This document shows positions 31,533-40,652 of a stretch of 41,211 nucleotides of DNA, piece by piece. Under the pieces are notes generated by a model. The model was not told where the DNA came from and did no database searches. It was given only the letters and a program-made list of their open reading frames with translations. Location: NCBI GenBank assembly GCA_964372275.1, contig CAYJRR010000023.1, positions 1-41,211 on the forward strand, written 5' to 3'. Source of the DNA: an uncultured bacterium. GTDB lineage: Bacteria; CAYJRR01. Position 1 is the first letter of the stretch. The number at the start of each line of letters is the position of its first letter. Made by a program: the position numbers and the translations under genes.

Positions 31533-32303
31533 CTATTGTACCCTCATCGGTCCGTCGGAGCGCCCCTCCAGGAACTGCTGCACCATCGGATCGGCGCTCT
31601 CCCGGATCTCCTCCCGTGTCCCCGACGCCCGGACCCGGCCGTCGTGGAGGAGGATGATCTTGTCGGAGATCTTGAACATCGAGGCGACGTCGTGGGTGAT
31701 CACCACCATCGTCACGTGCAGCTGCTCCTGGGTGGAGAGGATCATCTGGTCGACGGCGTCGGTCACGACCGGGTCGAGGCCGGAGGTCGGTTCGTCGAAG
31801 AGGATGATCTCGGGATCCAGGGCGATCGCCCGGGCGAGACCGACGCGCTTGCGCATGCCGCCGGAGAGCTGGCTGGGGTACTTCCGTTCGGCGGAGGTGA
31901 GCCCCACGATCTTCAGCTTCTGCTTCACGATCTCCTCGATCTCGCGCCCCGACTTGCGGGTGTGCTCGCGGAGCGGGAAGGCGACGTTCTCCAGGACGGT
32001 CATCGAGTCGAACAGCGCCGACTCCTGGAAGAGGAATCCGAATCGCTTGCGCATGCGATAGATCTCGCGCTCGGACATCCTCGCCACGTCCTGCCCGTCG
32101 ACCAGGATCTCGCCGCGGTCGGGCTTCAGGAGCCCGATGATGTGCTTGAGGGTGACCGACTTCCCGGTGCCCGAGCGTCCGATGATGCTTGTCACCTTCC
32201 CCCGGGGGACGGTGAACGAGATGGCGTCGAGCACCTTCTGGGCGCCGAACGACTTGGTCACCGAGACGAACTCGATGATCGGACGGGGGGCGGGCTCGGT
32301 CAG
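31533..32303 (-). CDS. mlaF: MlaF/Mkl-type ABC transporter ATPase (start uncertain)
   Basis: GRSGTGKS, FQESALFDSM, LSGGMRKRVGLARA, FDEPTSGLDP, ITHD. Confidence 0.92.
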   Translation of the reverse strand: MTEPAPRPIIEFVSVTKSFGAQKVLDAISFTVPRGKVTSIIGRSGTGKSVTLKHIIGLLKPDRGEILVDGQDVARMSEREIYRMRKRFGFLFQESALFDSMTVLENVAFPLREHTRKSGREIEEIVKQKLKIVGLTSAERKYPSQLSGGMRKRVGLARAIALDPEIILFDEPTSGLDPVVTDAVDQMILSTQEQLHVTMVVITHDVASMFKISDKIILLHDGRVRASGTREEIRESADPMVQQFLEGRSDGPMRVQ

Positions 32304-33220
32304 GGCAGGCCCCCGGGGGCGAAGTTGTTGGCGACCCACATGGCGATCCGCTCCAGGAGCGATGCCACGGGACCGTTGGTGAGCAGCATGGAGAGGAAGT
32401 AATCGCTGATCAGGACGGTGACCGAGGAGATCACCACCGACTGCGTCGTCGCGCGTCCGACCCCCTCCGCGCCGCCGCTGGTGTAGTAGCCCTTGTAGCA
32501 GCCGACGGTCGCGATGATGAACCCGAATACGCCGGCCTTCAGCATCCCCTTGTAGAGGTCGTCGGCGTCGACGAACCACTCGACGTTCTTCACGAAGACC
32601 CCTTCGTCGTGTCCCAGGAAGCGCACCACGACCAGCCACGCGCCGAAGGTCCCGACGATGTTGAACACCATGCACATCACCGGCAGCATCAGCACGCTGG
32701 CGATCACCCGCGGCACCACCAGGTAGTTGACCGGGTTCACCGCCATCGCCAGCAGGGCGTCGACCTGCTCGGTCACCTTCATCGTGCCGATCTCGGCCGA
32801 CATCGCCGATCCCGCGCGCCCGGCGATCATCAGCGCGGTCAGGACCGGCGACAGCTCGACGGTGAGGGCCAGCACCACCGTCGGTCCGACCAGCCCCTCC
32901 GCCTTGAAATCGCCAAAAACGTCGGCGCTCTGCCAGGCGAACACCATCCCGGTGAAGATGCCGGAGAGCACGATGATCGAGAGCGACTTCACGCCGACGA
33001 ACTCCATCTGTTTGAAGATCAGACGGAGCCGGAACGGCGGGCGGAGGCTCCAGGCGATCGCCTGCGCGGTGAGGGTGACGTACTTTCCGAAGGCGTCGAG
33101 CGCCTCGAGGATCGAGCGGCCGACCTTTTCCAGGATCAGGATCACCAACGCCACCGCGGCGTTGGGGGCCTTGGTGACGATCTGCCGGATCTCGGCGGCG
33201 TCGGGCGGTCGGCGCGCCAT
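32300..33220 (-). CDS. mlaE: MlaE-type ABC permease
   Basis: ELSPVLTALMIAGRAGSAMSAEIGTMKVTEQVDAL, GGAEGVGRATT. Confidence 0.93.
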   Translation of the reverse strand: MARRPPDAAEIRQIVTKAPNAAVALVILILEKVGRSILEALDAFGKYVTLTAQAIAWSLRPPFRLRLIFKQMEFVGVKSLSIIVLSGIFTGMVFAWQSADVFGDFKAEGLVGPTVVLALTVELSPVLTALMIAGRAGSAMSAEIGTMKVTEQVDALLAMAVNPVNYLVVPRVIASVLMLPVMCMVFNIVGTFGAWLVVVRFLGHDEGVFVKNVEWFVDADDLYKGMLKAGVFGFIIATVGCYKGYYTSGGAEGVGRATTQSVVISSVTVLISDYFLSMLLTNGPVASLLERIAMWVANNFAPGGLP

Positions 33221-33225
33221 CGGTC

Positions 33226-34443
33226 CTAGGCTCCTCCCCGGTAGACCCGCGGAACCCGTTTCGAGACGGAGGTCAGGATCTCGTAGGAGACGGTGCCGGC
33301 GCGCTCGGCGACCTCCTCGGCGGTGATTCGTGCCGGCGAACCCGCCGGTGACCCGGGGGCCGCCTGCTCCCCGATCAGCACGGCCTCGCTCCCCGCGCGC
33401 GCCTCGGGGATCTCGGTCACGTCGACCATCGTCAGGTCCATGCAGACGCGACCGAGCACCGGAGCGCGCTTCCCGGCGATCAGCACCTCCCCCTTTCCGG
33501 AGAGCGCGCGCGGGAAGCCGTCGCCGTAGCCGACGGGAAGGGTGGCGATGCGGGACGGGCGGGCGGTGATGAAGGTGCGCGCGTAGCTCACCGGCGTCCC
33601 GGCGGGGACCTCCTTGACGAAGAGGATGCGCGTCGACAGCCGCATCACCGGCTCGAGCGAGATGCGCTCGCGGTCGCTCTCATGCGGATAGGCGCCGTAG
33701 AGGGCGATCCCGGGCCGCACCAGGTCGAGCTCGCCGGTCATCCCTCGGATCGTGGCGGCGGAGTTGCCGGCGTGGAGCAGGATCGGCCGGCCGGCCGCGG
33801 CGCGGAGCGCATCGCCCGCTTCGCGGAATCGGCGGATCTGTCCCGCGGTGAAGGCGCGTGCGTCGGCGGACGGGCTTTCCGCCTCCGCGAGGTGGGTGAA
33901 GGCGCCCGTCATCCGCAGCCTCGGAAGGCTTTGGAGCGCCCCGGCCGCGGCGCCGAGCGCGTCGAGTCCGATCCCGATCCGACCCATCCCGGTGTCGACC
34001 TTCAGGTGATAGTCGAGCGAGGCGGGCCGTCCGTCCGGTCCCGTGCGGGCGCGCAAGAGCCCATCGAGCGCGCGCGCAACCTCCAGGTCGTAGAGCACCG
34101 GCGTGAGGCGATGACGCAGCATCTCGTCGAGCCGCTCCTCCAACGTCTCGAACGGTGGAGGCCCACCGACCGGCACGCCGGAGAGCACAAGGATCGGCGC
34201 GCGAACGCCCCCAACGCGCAGCTCGATCCCCTCCTCGACGCGGGCCACGCCGAGCTGGTCGACCCCGTGCGCTTCGAGGGCGCGCGCCACCTCGACCGCG
34301 CCGTGCCCGTAGGCGTCGGCCTTGACCGCCGCCAGCACGCCGGCTTTCCCTCCGGCGGCGCGGCGCAGCTCGGCGAGATTGTGGACGAGCGCGGCGAGGT
34401 CGATCTCGGCGACCGTCGAGCCGCTACGAGCCGGAAAGCTCAC
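33226..34443 (-). CDS. alr: Alanine racemase
   Basis: AVKADAYGHG (PLP Lys), HLKVDTGMGRIG, VRPGIALYG, VSY, GYGDG, GRVCMD. Confidence 0.96.
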   Translation of the reverse strand: MSFPARSGSTVAEIDLAALVHNLAELRRAAGGKAGVLAAVKADAYGHGAVEVARALEAHGVDQLGVARVEEGIELRVGGVRAPILVLSGVPVGGPPPFETLEERLDEMLRHRLTPVLYDLEVARALDGLLRARTGPDGRPASLDYHLKVDTGMGRIGIGLDALGAAAGALQSLPRLRMTGAFTHLAEAESPSADARAFTAGQIRRFREAGDALRAAAGRPILLHAGNSAATIRGMTGELDLVRPGIALYGAYPHESDRERISLEPVMRLSTRILFVKEVPAGTPVSYARTFITARPSRIATLPVGYGDGFPRALSGKGEVLIAGKRAPVLGRVCMDLTMVDVTEIPEARAGSEAVLIGEQAAPGSPAGSPARITAEEVAERAGTVSYEILTSVSKRVPRVYRGGA

Positions 34444-34479
34444 GCGATCACGCTAGCACGCCCCGCCGGGCTTTCGCGA

Positions 34480-35163
34480 TCAGACCAGGACGGAGTCTTC
34501 GAGCGACTTCTGCGAGGTGAGGACCAACCGGCGCCCGGTGGTGCGGAGGAATCCCTTCTTCTGGAGATCGCTCATCACCCGGCTCACCGTCTCGCGGGAG
34601 GTGCCGATCATCCCGGCGATTTGCTGATGGGTCGGGCGGTCCTTGACCACCGTCCCTTCGTCGGTCAGCTCCCCCTCCTTCTTGGCGAGATCGAGCAGCG
34701 CGCGGGCAACGCGGCCGTAGACGTCGAGCAGCGCCAGCGACCCGATCTTCTGGTCGGCCTCGCGCAGGCGCCGGCTCATCTCGCCGAGGATGGCGAAGAA
34801 GACCGACGGGCGGCCTTCGATGAAGCGGACGAAGTCGGCGCGCTCGAGCACCAGCGCGTCCGAGTCCTGCAGGGCGACGACCGACGCGCTCCGCGGCTTG
34901 CCGTCGAGCAGGCTCATCTCGCCGACGAAGTCGCCGTCCTTCAGGATGGTGAGAATCACCTCCCGGCCGGACGAGCCGTAGAGTACGACCTTCACCTTTC
35001 CGCGAACGATCATGTAGAGCGCGGAGCCCGGGTCCTCGCGCGAGAAGAGCACCGCGTCCTTCCGGAATCGCGCCGGCTTGAGCGCGCGCGCGAGGTCTTC
35101 GCGCGCGGCGTCGTCGAGCACACCGAAGACCGGAACCTTGGCGAGGAACTCACTTCCCGTCAT
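34480..35163 (-). CDS. CRP/FNR-family transcriptional regulator
   Basis: cNMP-binding GEMSLLDGKPRSASV; HTH THQQIAGMIGTSRETVSR; upstream TTGACA-N18-GAAGAT-N6-ATG. Confidence 0.92.
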   Translation of the reverse strand: MTGSEFLAKVPVFGVLDDAAREDLARALKPARFRKDAVLFSREDPGSALYMIVRGKVKVVLYGSSGREVILTILKDGDFVGEMSLLDGKPRSASVVALQDSDALVLERADFVRFIEGRPSVFFAILGEMSRRLREADQKIGSLALLDVYGRVARALLDLAKKEGELTDEGTVVKDRPTHQQIAGMIGTSRETVSRVMSDLQKKGFLRTTGRRLVLTSQKSLEDSVLV

Positions 35164-35230
35164 GCCGAGATCTTCCCCGCGGTGGCCGGAGGGTGTCAAC
35201 GAACGGTCCGGTGTGCGAGAGTGTCGCCCG

Positions 35231-36031
35231 ATGAAGGTCGCGATGACCATCGCCGGATCCGACTCCAGCGGCGGGGCCGGGATCCAGGCCGACCTGAAGA
35301 CGTTCGCAGCGATCGGCGTGCACGGCGCGTCGGCGGTCGCCGCCGTCACCGCGCAGAACACCGAGCGAGTCGTCGAGGCGCGCGCCCTCCCCGCCGAATG
35401 GGTCGCCACGCAGATCGACGCGGTTCTCGACGACCTGCCGGTCGCCGCGGTGAAGACCGGGATGCTCGGAGATGCCGAGGTCGTCCGTGCCGTCGCGGCG
35501 GCGCTTGCGCGGCGACGGGTGCCGAACCGGGTGGTCGATCCGGTTCTCGTTTCCAGCTCGGGGACGCCGCTGCTCGCCGATGGCGCGCTCGAGGTCCTCC
35601 GCCGCGATCTGCTGCCGCTTGCCACCGTGTTGACGCCCAATCTGCCGGAGGCCGCGGCGTTGGCGGGGATGTCGGTCGAGACGCCGGCGCAGATCGAGGA
35701 GGCGGCCCGCCGCCTGGCGGGCCTCGGGGCGACGTGGGTGGTGATCAAAGGGGGGCACGCGCCGGGGAGGCGCGTGGTCGACGTCGTCTTCGACGGGTCG
35801 ACCTTCCACCGGATCGACGGTCCGCGCCTCGAGACCCGCAGCACGCACGGCACCGGCTGCACCCTCTCCGCGGCGATCGCGGCATGGTTGGCGCGCGGCG
35901 CCGCTCCGCTCGACGCCGTCGCGCGCGCGCGCCGCTACCTCGAAGGGGCGCTCGCCGCCGCCCGCCCGCTCGGCCGCGGCCGCGGTCCGCTCCACCACAT
36001 GCACCCGTACTATCCGTGGGAGGGGGCGTGA
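35231..36031 (+). CDS. thiD: Hydroxymethylpyrimidine/phosphomethylpyrimidine kinase
   Basis: TIAGSDSSGGAGIQADLKTF, VKTGML, VDPV, TPNLPEA, KGGH, HGTGCTLS. Confidence 0.95.
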   Translation: MKVAMTIAGSDSSGGAGIQADLKTFAAIGVHGASAVAAVTAQNTERVVEARALPAEWVATQIDAVLDDLPVAAVKTGMLGDAEVVRAVAAALARRRVPNRVVDPVLVSSSGTPLLADGALEVLRRDLLPLATVLTPNLPEAAALAGMSVETPAQIEEAARRLAGLGATWVVIKGGHAPGRRVVDVVFDGSTFHRIDGPRLETRSTHGTGCTLSAAIAAWLARGAAPLDAVARARRYLEGALAAARPLGRGRGPLHHMHPYYPWEGA

Positions 36032-36657
36032 GCCGCCGCCGCGCGGTGACGGCCGCGAGCGCTGCGGCCGGGCTCTCGCTGGTGGTCGCGTCGCATCTGT
36101 CGTTCGCGGCGCCCCCCACGCTCGGCGCGCCTCAGCCGCCGTCGCCGCGTGCCGGCGCCACGGTCACACCCCGTCCCGCCGCGACCTCGGCGCCGCCCCG
36201 CCCGAACGCGCCGCCCCGGCCGCCGCCGACGCCGACCGAACCGGCGTTCGCCACGCCCGAACGGCCGCTCGTCTCCGGCGCGGCGCGGGGCCGCCTCGGG
36301 AAGCGGCCGTTCCGGATGCGCACGGTACGCGGATCGATCCAGACCTCGGGCGGTTTCAAGATCGCGACGCTGGGGTTCCTCGGTGCGGGGAAGGAACGGC
36401 TCCAGGTCAACTTCATGTACGCCACGCCGGGGAAGGTGCTGCCCGATCTCCTGCTCGAGCTCTACGCCGTCGACCGCGACGGAAAGCTCTCCGCCTACCG
36501 CCGCGGCATCGGCACCTGCGTCGTCGCCCTCGAGCTCGCCACCGAGACGATCCTGGAAGGGACGATCGACTGCCCCAAGGGGATGCTCGACGCCGTCGAC
36601 CTGCCGGGGAAACCGATCACCGGCGTCACCTTCCGCGCCGAGGCCGACGCTTCCTAG
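36028..36657 (+). CDS. Hypothetical exported protein with Pro-rich linker
   Basis: GTGA overlap with thiD; SRRRAV plus hydrophobic signal; Pro-rich segment then a beta-rich domain with two Cys. Confidence 0.6.
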   Translation: MSRRRAVTAASAAAGLSLVVASHLSFAAPPTLGAPQPPSPRAGATVTPRPAATSAPPRPNAPPRPPPTPTEPAFATPERPLVSGAARGRLGKRPFRMRTVRGSIQTSGGFKIATLGFLGAGKERLQVNFMYATPGKVLPDLLLELYAVDRDGKLSAYRRGIGTCVVALELATETILEGTIDCPKGMLDAVDLPGKPITGVTFRAEADAS

Positions 36658-38372
36658 TAGCAGCTCTCGGCCTTCGCGCCGCAGCTCGACGACACCGAGA
36701 CGCACGCCGGTTTCGACGGGAGCTTCTTGATGATCTGGTAGTAGCCCTTGTCCGGCTTCCAGGACATGAGCCCGAGCTCCGTCGAACCCGCGTAGGCGAC
36801 CATCTCCGCCGTCGGTTGCAGCGAGCAGGTGGCACGGACGGTGATCTCGAAGCGGGTCGAGCTCCACGACTTCCCGACGACGCGCGCCGTGCACGGGGTG
36901 GTGGCGGTCGCCGCGTTCGAGGGCGGCGACTCGCGGCCGTCGTCCGCGATCGACGACACGCGGTAGGTCGCGGTCTGGCTGGGCGCCAGCGAGCTGTCCA
37001 GCCACAGCGGATCGCCCGTGGTCGCCACCAGCGCGCCGTCACGGTAGACGCCGTAGAACGACATCCCCCTCGGATCGGCCGGCGGCGTCCAGGTCAGGTC
37101 GATCCGCGTCGAGGAGATCGCCCGGGCGGCCAACGACGACGGCGGATCCAGGAGGGTGGTGGCGGTGGCGGCCTCCGACGCCGCCGACTCGTTCCCGGCG
37201 ACGTCGAAGGCGGTCACCGACCAGGTGTGCGTCCCGCCGGGGGCGACCGAGTCGGACCACGCCGCCGTACCGGTGGTGGTGACGACCGCGCCGTCGCGCC
37301 GCACGCGGTAGCCGGCGACGGCGACGTCGTCGGTCGAGGAGGTCCACGCGAGATCGACGCGGCTCGACCCGACGACGGTCGCGGTCAGTCCCGCCGGCGC
37401 GCTGGGGGGGAGGAGATCGACACCCTTGGAGACGAAGCGCTCGATTCGCTCCCCCTGCGAGACGAGCCAGCTCTTCCCGTCGATCGAGGTCACTTCGATG
37501 TGGCCGCGCTTGGTGGCGGTCGAAGGATCCTCCGTCTGCCACACCGCCGATCCGACCGCCGCCAGCCGCGCCAGGGCCTCCGGGGTCGGGTGCTGGTAGG
37601 TGTTGTTCCAGCCGACCGAGATCAGGCTCACCTGGGGGCGAAGGAGGTCGAGGAACGCCTCGTTCGAGGAGTAGCGCGATCCGTGGTGGTCGACCTTGTA
37701 GATCTCGACCTCGCCGGCGCGGGCGCCGACGAGCGATTCGACGTCGGTGGTGCTGCCGGTCAGGTCGCCGGCGGAGACGACGTCGAGCTCCCCGAAGGAG
37801 ATCTTCACGCCGACCGATCGCGCGTTCTCGTCGGAGGTGGTCAGGCCGTTGGCGTTCACCGACACCACCTCGAACCGGACCTCCGAGCAGAGCGATATCG
37901 TCTGGCCCAACGTCGCGGTCGCGCGCCGGCCGGCGTACTGCGTGGCGTAGTCGTTGAAGGCGATCGTCGAATAGCTTCCGCCGTGGTCGTAGACGGTGCC
38001 GATCCGTACGCCGTCCTCCCCTTGCTCCACTTCGTCGAGTCCGCCGACGTGGTCGGCGTGGTAGTGCGAGAGGATCGCGAAATCGATCGAGGCGATGCCG
38101 ATCGACTTCAGGTACGCCTTGATCGTCGCGCCGCTTCCGGTCGGTCCGCCGTCGATCAGCGCCGCGCAGCCCGACGGGGCGACCACCACCAGCGCGTCCC
38201 CCTGTCCGACGTCGAGCATCGCGATCCGCGCCGGTCCCGCCGCGGTGCCGGCGGAGGTCACCCGCTCGACCGAATCCGGCTCGTCGCCGCCCGGCGTCCC
38301 GGCGCAGCCGGCGCCGAACGACAGACACGTCACCACCCACGCGCGGAGCGCGCTCTCCCGAAGCGTTTTCAT
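36654..38372 (-). CDS. ComEC/Rec2-like metallo-beta-lactamase-fold lipoprotein with two FN3 domains
   Basis: Lipobox GAGC; DVGQGDA, SHYHADHVGG, AGD, KVDHHGS, TYQHP; FN3 repeats (PSAPAGL...DDVAVAGYRV...DVAGNES). Confidence 0.85.
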   Translation of the reverse strand: MKTLRESALRAWVVTCLSFGAGCAGTPGGDEPDSVERVTSAGTAAGPARIAMLDVGQGDALVVVAPSGCAALIDGGPTGSGATIKAYLKSIGIASIDFAILSHYHADHVGGLDEVEQGEDGVRIGTVYDHGGSYSTIAFNDYATQYAGRRATATLGQTISLCSEVRFEVVSVNANGLTTSDENARSVGVKISFGELDVVSAGDLTGSTTDVESLVGARAGEVEIYKVDHHGSRYSSNEAFLDLLRPQVSLISVGWNNTYQHPTPEALARLAAVGSAVWQTEDPSTATKRGHIEVTSIDGKSWLVSQGERIERFVSKGVDLLPPSAPAGLTATVVGSSRVDLAWTSSTDDVAVAGYRVRRDGAVVTTTGTAAWSDSVAPGGTHTWSVTAFDVAGNESAASEAATATTLLDPPSSLAARAISSTRIDLTWTPPADPRGMSFYGVYRDGALVATTGDPLWLDSSLAPSQTATYRVSSIADDGRESPPSNAATATTPCTARVVGKSWSSTRFEITVRATCSLQPTAEMVAYAGSTELGLMSWKPDKGYYQIIKKLPSKPACVSVSSSCGAKAESCY

Positions 38373-38520
38373 GCGGCCTCCCGTTCTCCCGAAACGGACT
38401 CACGGCGGTGCGACGTGCCGTTCGCCCTTCAAGAGGCGGCGGACGCCGGAGGTCGCGCACTATTTGTGTTCGGGCGCCGCAATTGCCCGGACCGGCGTCG
38501 ATTTCTCGAACGGACCGCCG

Positions 38521-39873
38521 TCAGGGGAGGTTGGCGGTGACCACCGAACCGGCGTCTCCGGGCTGGGCTTCGTTCGCGGCCCCCGACGAGCTGAGGCCGT
38601 TGGCACCTCCGTCGATGCGCATCGTCGCCACCGAGCCGTCCCCCGCGCTCGGGGCGATGATCCACCCGCCGCCCCCGCCGCCGCCGGGCGCCCGCTGGCT
38701 GGCGTCGTTGTAGGCGGTTCCGCCGGCCCCGCCGCGCGCGGCGTAGGTGCCGGAGAACGACGCCGACTCTTCGGCCCAGACCGCGACCGTCCCTCCTCCT
38801 CCGCCGCCGCCCGCGCCGGCAGAAGGGTTTCCGTACCCGCCGTCGGTGCCGTCGGCGTCGAATGTCCCCGATCCTTCCAGTACCCGCGCGTGGAGGAAGA
38901 TCGCGCCACCGCCGGCCCCTCCGCGCGCTTCCGGTTCGAGCGAAACGCGCTTGCCGCTTCCGCCACCGCCGCCGAAGAAGAGCTGAGTGCCGCCGACCTG
39001 CGCCACCACGCGTGCCCCGCCGATCCCGGTACGATCGACGAGCTCGGCGGCGTTGATGCCCCCCCGGCCGCCTTTGCCTGCCGCCCCGCCGCCGCCACCC
39101 GCGTTGAGGTTCGGGTTGCCGCCTCCGCCGCCGTTGGCGAGGTTTCCGCGGCCGAATCGCGTGTGACCCGTGGCGTCGAGCGACTCCCCCTTTCCGCCAC
39201 ACGCCGAGCACTCGAGGCTGTTGCTGCTGCTCGGGTTCGTCATGTCGGACGGGCTTCCGCCGCGAAAGCCGACGCCCGATGCGGTGACGGCGCCGTTCAA
39301 CGTGAGTTTTTCGGAGACGAAGAAGGCGATCACCCCGCCGCTCGCGCCGTCCCAGGCGCGCGTGGAAAGCGTGCCGCCGCTGTCGATCGTCACCACCCGG
39401 TATTCGGGGATCGAGCAGAGCTGCGCGCGCGCCGCGCCCTGCGAGGTGAAGCGGCGGGTGAGGGAGGCCTCGAAGGTGAGGGTCGACGGTGACCCGACGC
39501 CGATCGTCGCCAGCCGCGCGACCTCGTAGGAGCCCGCGTCGCCGTAGGTCGAGGTCCCGATGTCGGTCGTGTCGCCGAGGTCGTAGGCCTGGTCGATGCG
39601 GTTCTGCAGGAGCAGCACGCGCCGCCCGGCGGCGAGGTCCCCCGCGGCCGACACCTCCGCCGTCAGGCCGGACGCCAGCACCAGCGGCCGGCAGAAGTCG
39701 AGGACCAGCGTCCCGGGCGGCACGTCGAGGTCGCCGTCGCCGCCGTCGCCCCAAAACGCGGCCTCCTCCGGCGGCTCGGCCTCCACGCATCCGCAGGCGT
39801 CGAAGCGGCAACCCGCCGACGAGAGTCCGAGAACCAACGAAATCGTCGCGACGAGCCGTCGTCGGAGCGGCAT
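38521..39873 (-). CDS. Glycine-rich surface lipoprotein, AgmC N-terminal-like
   Basis: Lipobox SAGC; AQLCSIPEY, AWDGASGGVIAF, GVGFRGG, GRGNLANGGGGGN...GGGGG; TGG-TACTCT 7 nt upstream of ATG. Confidence 0.72.
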   Translation of the reverse strand: MPLRRRLVATISLVLGLSSAGCRFDACGCVEAEPPEEAAFWGDGGDGDLDVPPGTLVLDFCRPLVLASGLTAEVSAAGDLAAGRRVLLLQNRIDQAYDLGDTTDIGTSTYGDAGSYEVARLATIGVGSPSTLTFEASLTRRFTSQGAARAQLCSIPEYRVVTIDSGGTLSTRAWDGASGGVIAFFVSEKLTLNGAVTASGVGFRGGSPSDMTNPSSSNSLECSACGGKGESLDATGHTRFGRGNLANGGGGGNPNLNAGGGGGAAGKGGRGGINAAELVDRTGIGGARVVAQVGGTQLFFGGGGGSGKRVSLEPEARGGAGGGAIFLHARVLEGSGTFDADGTDGGYGNPSAGAGGGGGGGTVAVWAEESASFSGTYAARGGAGGTAYNDASQRAPGGGGGGGWIIAPSAGDGSVATMRIDGGANGLSSSGAANEAQPGDAGSVVTANLP

Positions 39874-39996
39874 CCCGTCGAGAGTACCACAAGCACCTCG
39901 TGAGCCTGGGTTGGACGTCCCCCGGCGTGACAAGTCGGCCTGCCGTTCGAGCCGCGTCCGGCGGCGGGCCGTCGAGCATCGACGGCCGGTTGCGCC

Positions 39997-40012
39997 GGGC
40001 ACACCGTTTGCG
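39997..40012 (+). promoter_or_regulatory. Candidate sigma54 promoter
   Basis: GGGCACACCGTTTGCG (GG-N10-GC), about 35 nt upstream of ATG 40046. Confidence 0.55.
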
Positions 40013-40045
40013 AAAGACCGGGATCCATCACGACGAGGGTGTTCC

Positions 40046-40573
40046 ATGCTTCGATCGACGGGATTCCTGCCGGGAGCGCTTCTGACCCTTTGTCTCCTCG
40101 GCACCGGCGCGAGCGGGTGCAGTCCTGCCGAGGCCAAGAACGGCATCGACGCGGACGATCCCGACGATCCGACCAACTCCGACGTGCCGGAAGGGGACGA
40201 CGACGACGGGGCCTCGACTGGAAGCGGCGGGTGTTGCGACCTCCAGCCGGTCACCTTCCAGAAACTGGCGGAGGGTCATTTGACCTTCGCGAGCCCGACC
40301 TCCGCTCCGATCTCGGTGGCGGGGTACGCGCAGGTGGTCCTCTACCTCAACAACGACGTGATGACCGTGTGCAAGCGCGTCGAGGCGCTGTTCCGGCCGG
40401 ACGCCTCCACGGCGTTCCTCGGTACCGGGCAACTGACGAATTCGGACAGCATGCATGCGACCGGTGCGCGCCTTCGCGTCGACGGACGCGACATGATGCT
40501 GAAGCTGAGCGTGGCCTCCACCTGTTCCTCGGTCGACTACCACTACGTCGTGGCCGGCGTTTCGGGGGGATGA
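40046..40573 (+). CDS. Hypothetical lipoprotein
   Basis: Lipobox ASGC; Asp-rich linker; small beta-rich Cys-containing domain. Confidence 0.65.
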   Translation: MLRSTGFLPGALLTLCLLGTGASGCSPAEAKNGIDADDPDDPTNSDVPEGDDDDGASTGSGGCCDLQPVTFQKLAEGHLTFASPTSAPISVAGYAQVVLYLNNDVMTVCKRVEALFRPDASTAFLGTGQLTNSDSMHATGARLRVDGRDMMLKLSVASTCSSVDYHYVVAGVSGG

Positions 40574-40652
40574 CAGGACGGCGGTCGCGCAGGCGAGCCG
40601 GTCGTCGGCGTCCTTGCCACCGCATCCCCCGGGTCGTATAGATCCGGGTCCG

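Noticed and set aside
33682-36027. 991-aa ORF and many other Arg/Pro/Gly-rich ORFs in the track
   Set aside because: They overlap well-supported genes (alr, CRP, thiD and others), have no motifs, and reflect stop-codon scarcity at high GC.
38405-38420. GGCACG upstream of the MBL lipoprotein as a sigma54 promoter
   Set aside because: Spacing is GG-N11-GC rather than N10, and there is no TTGC.
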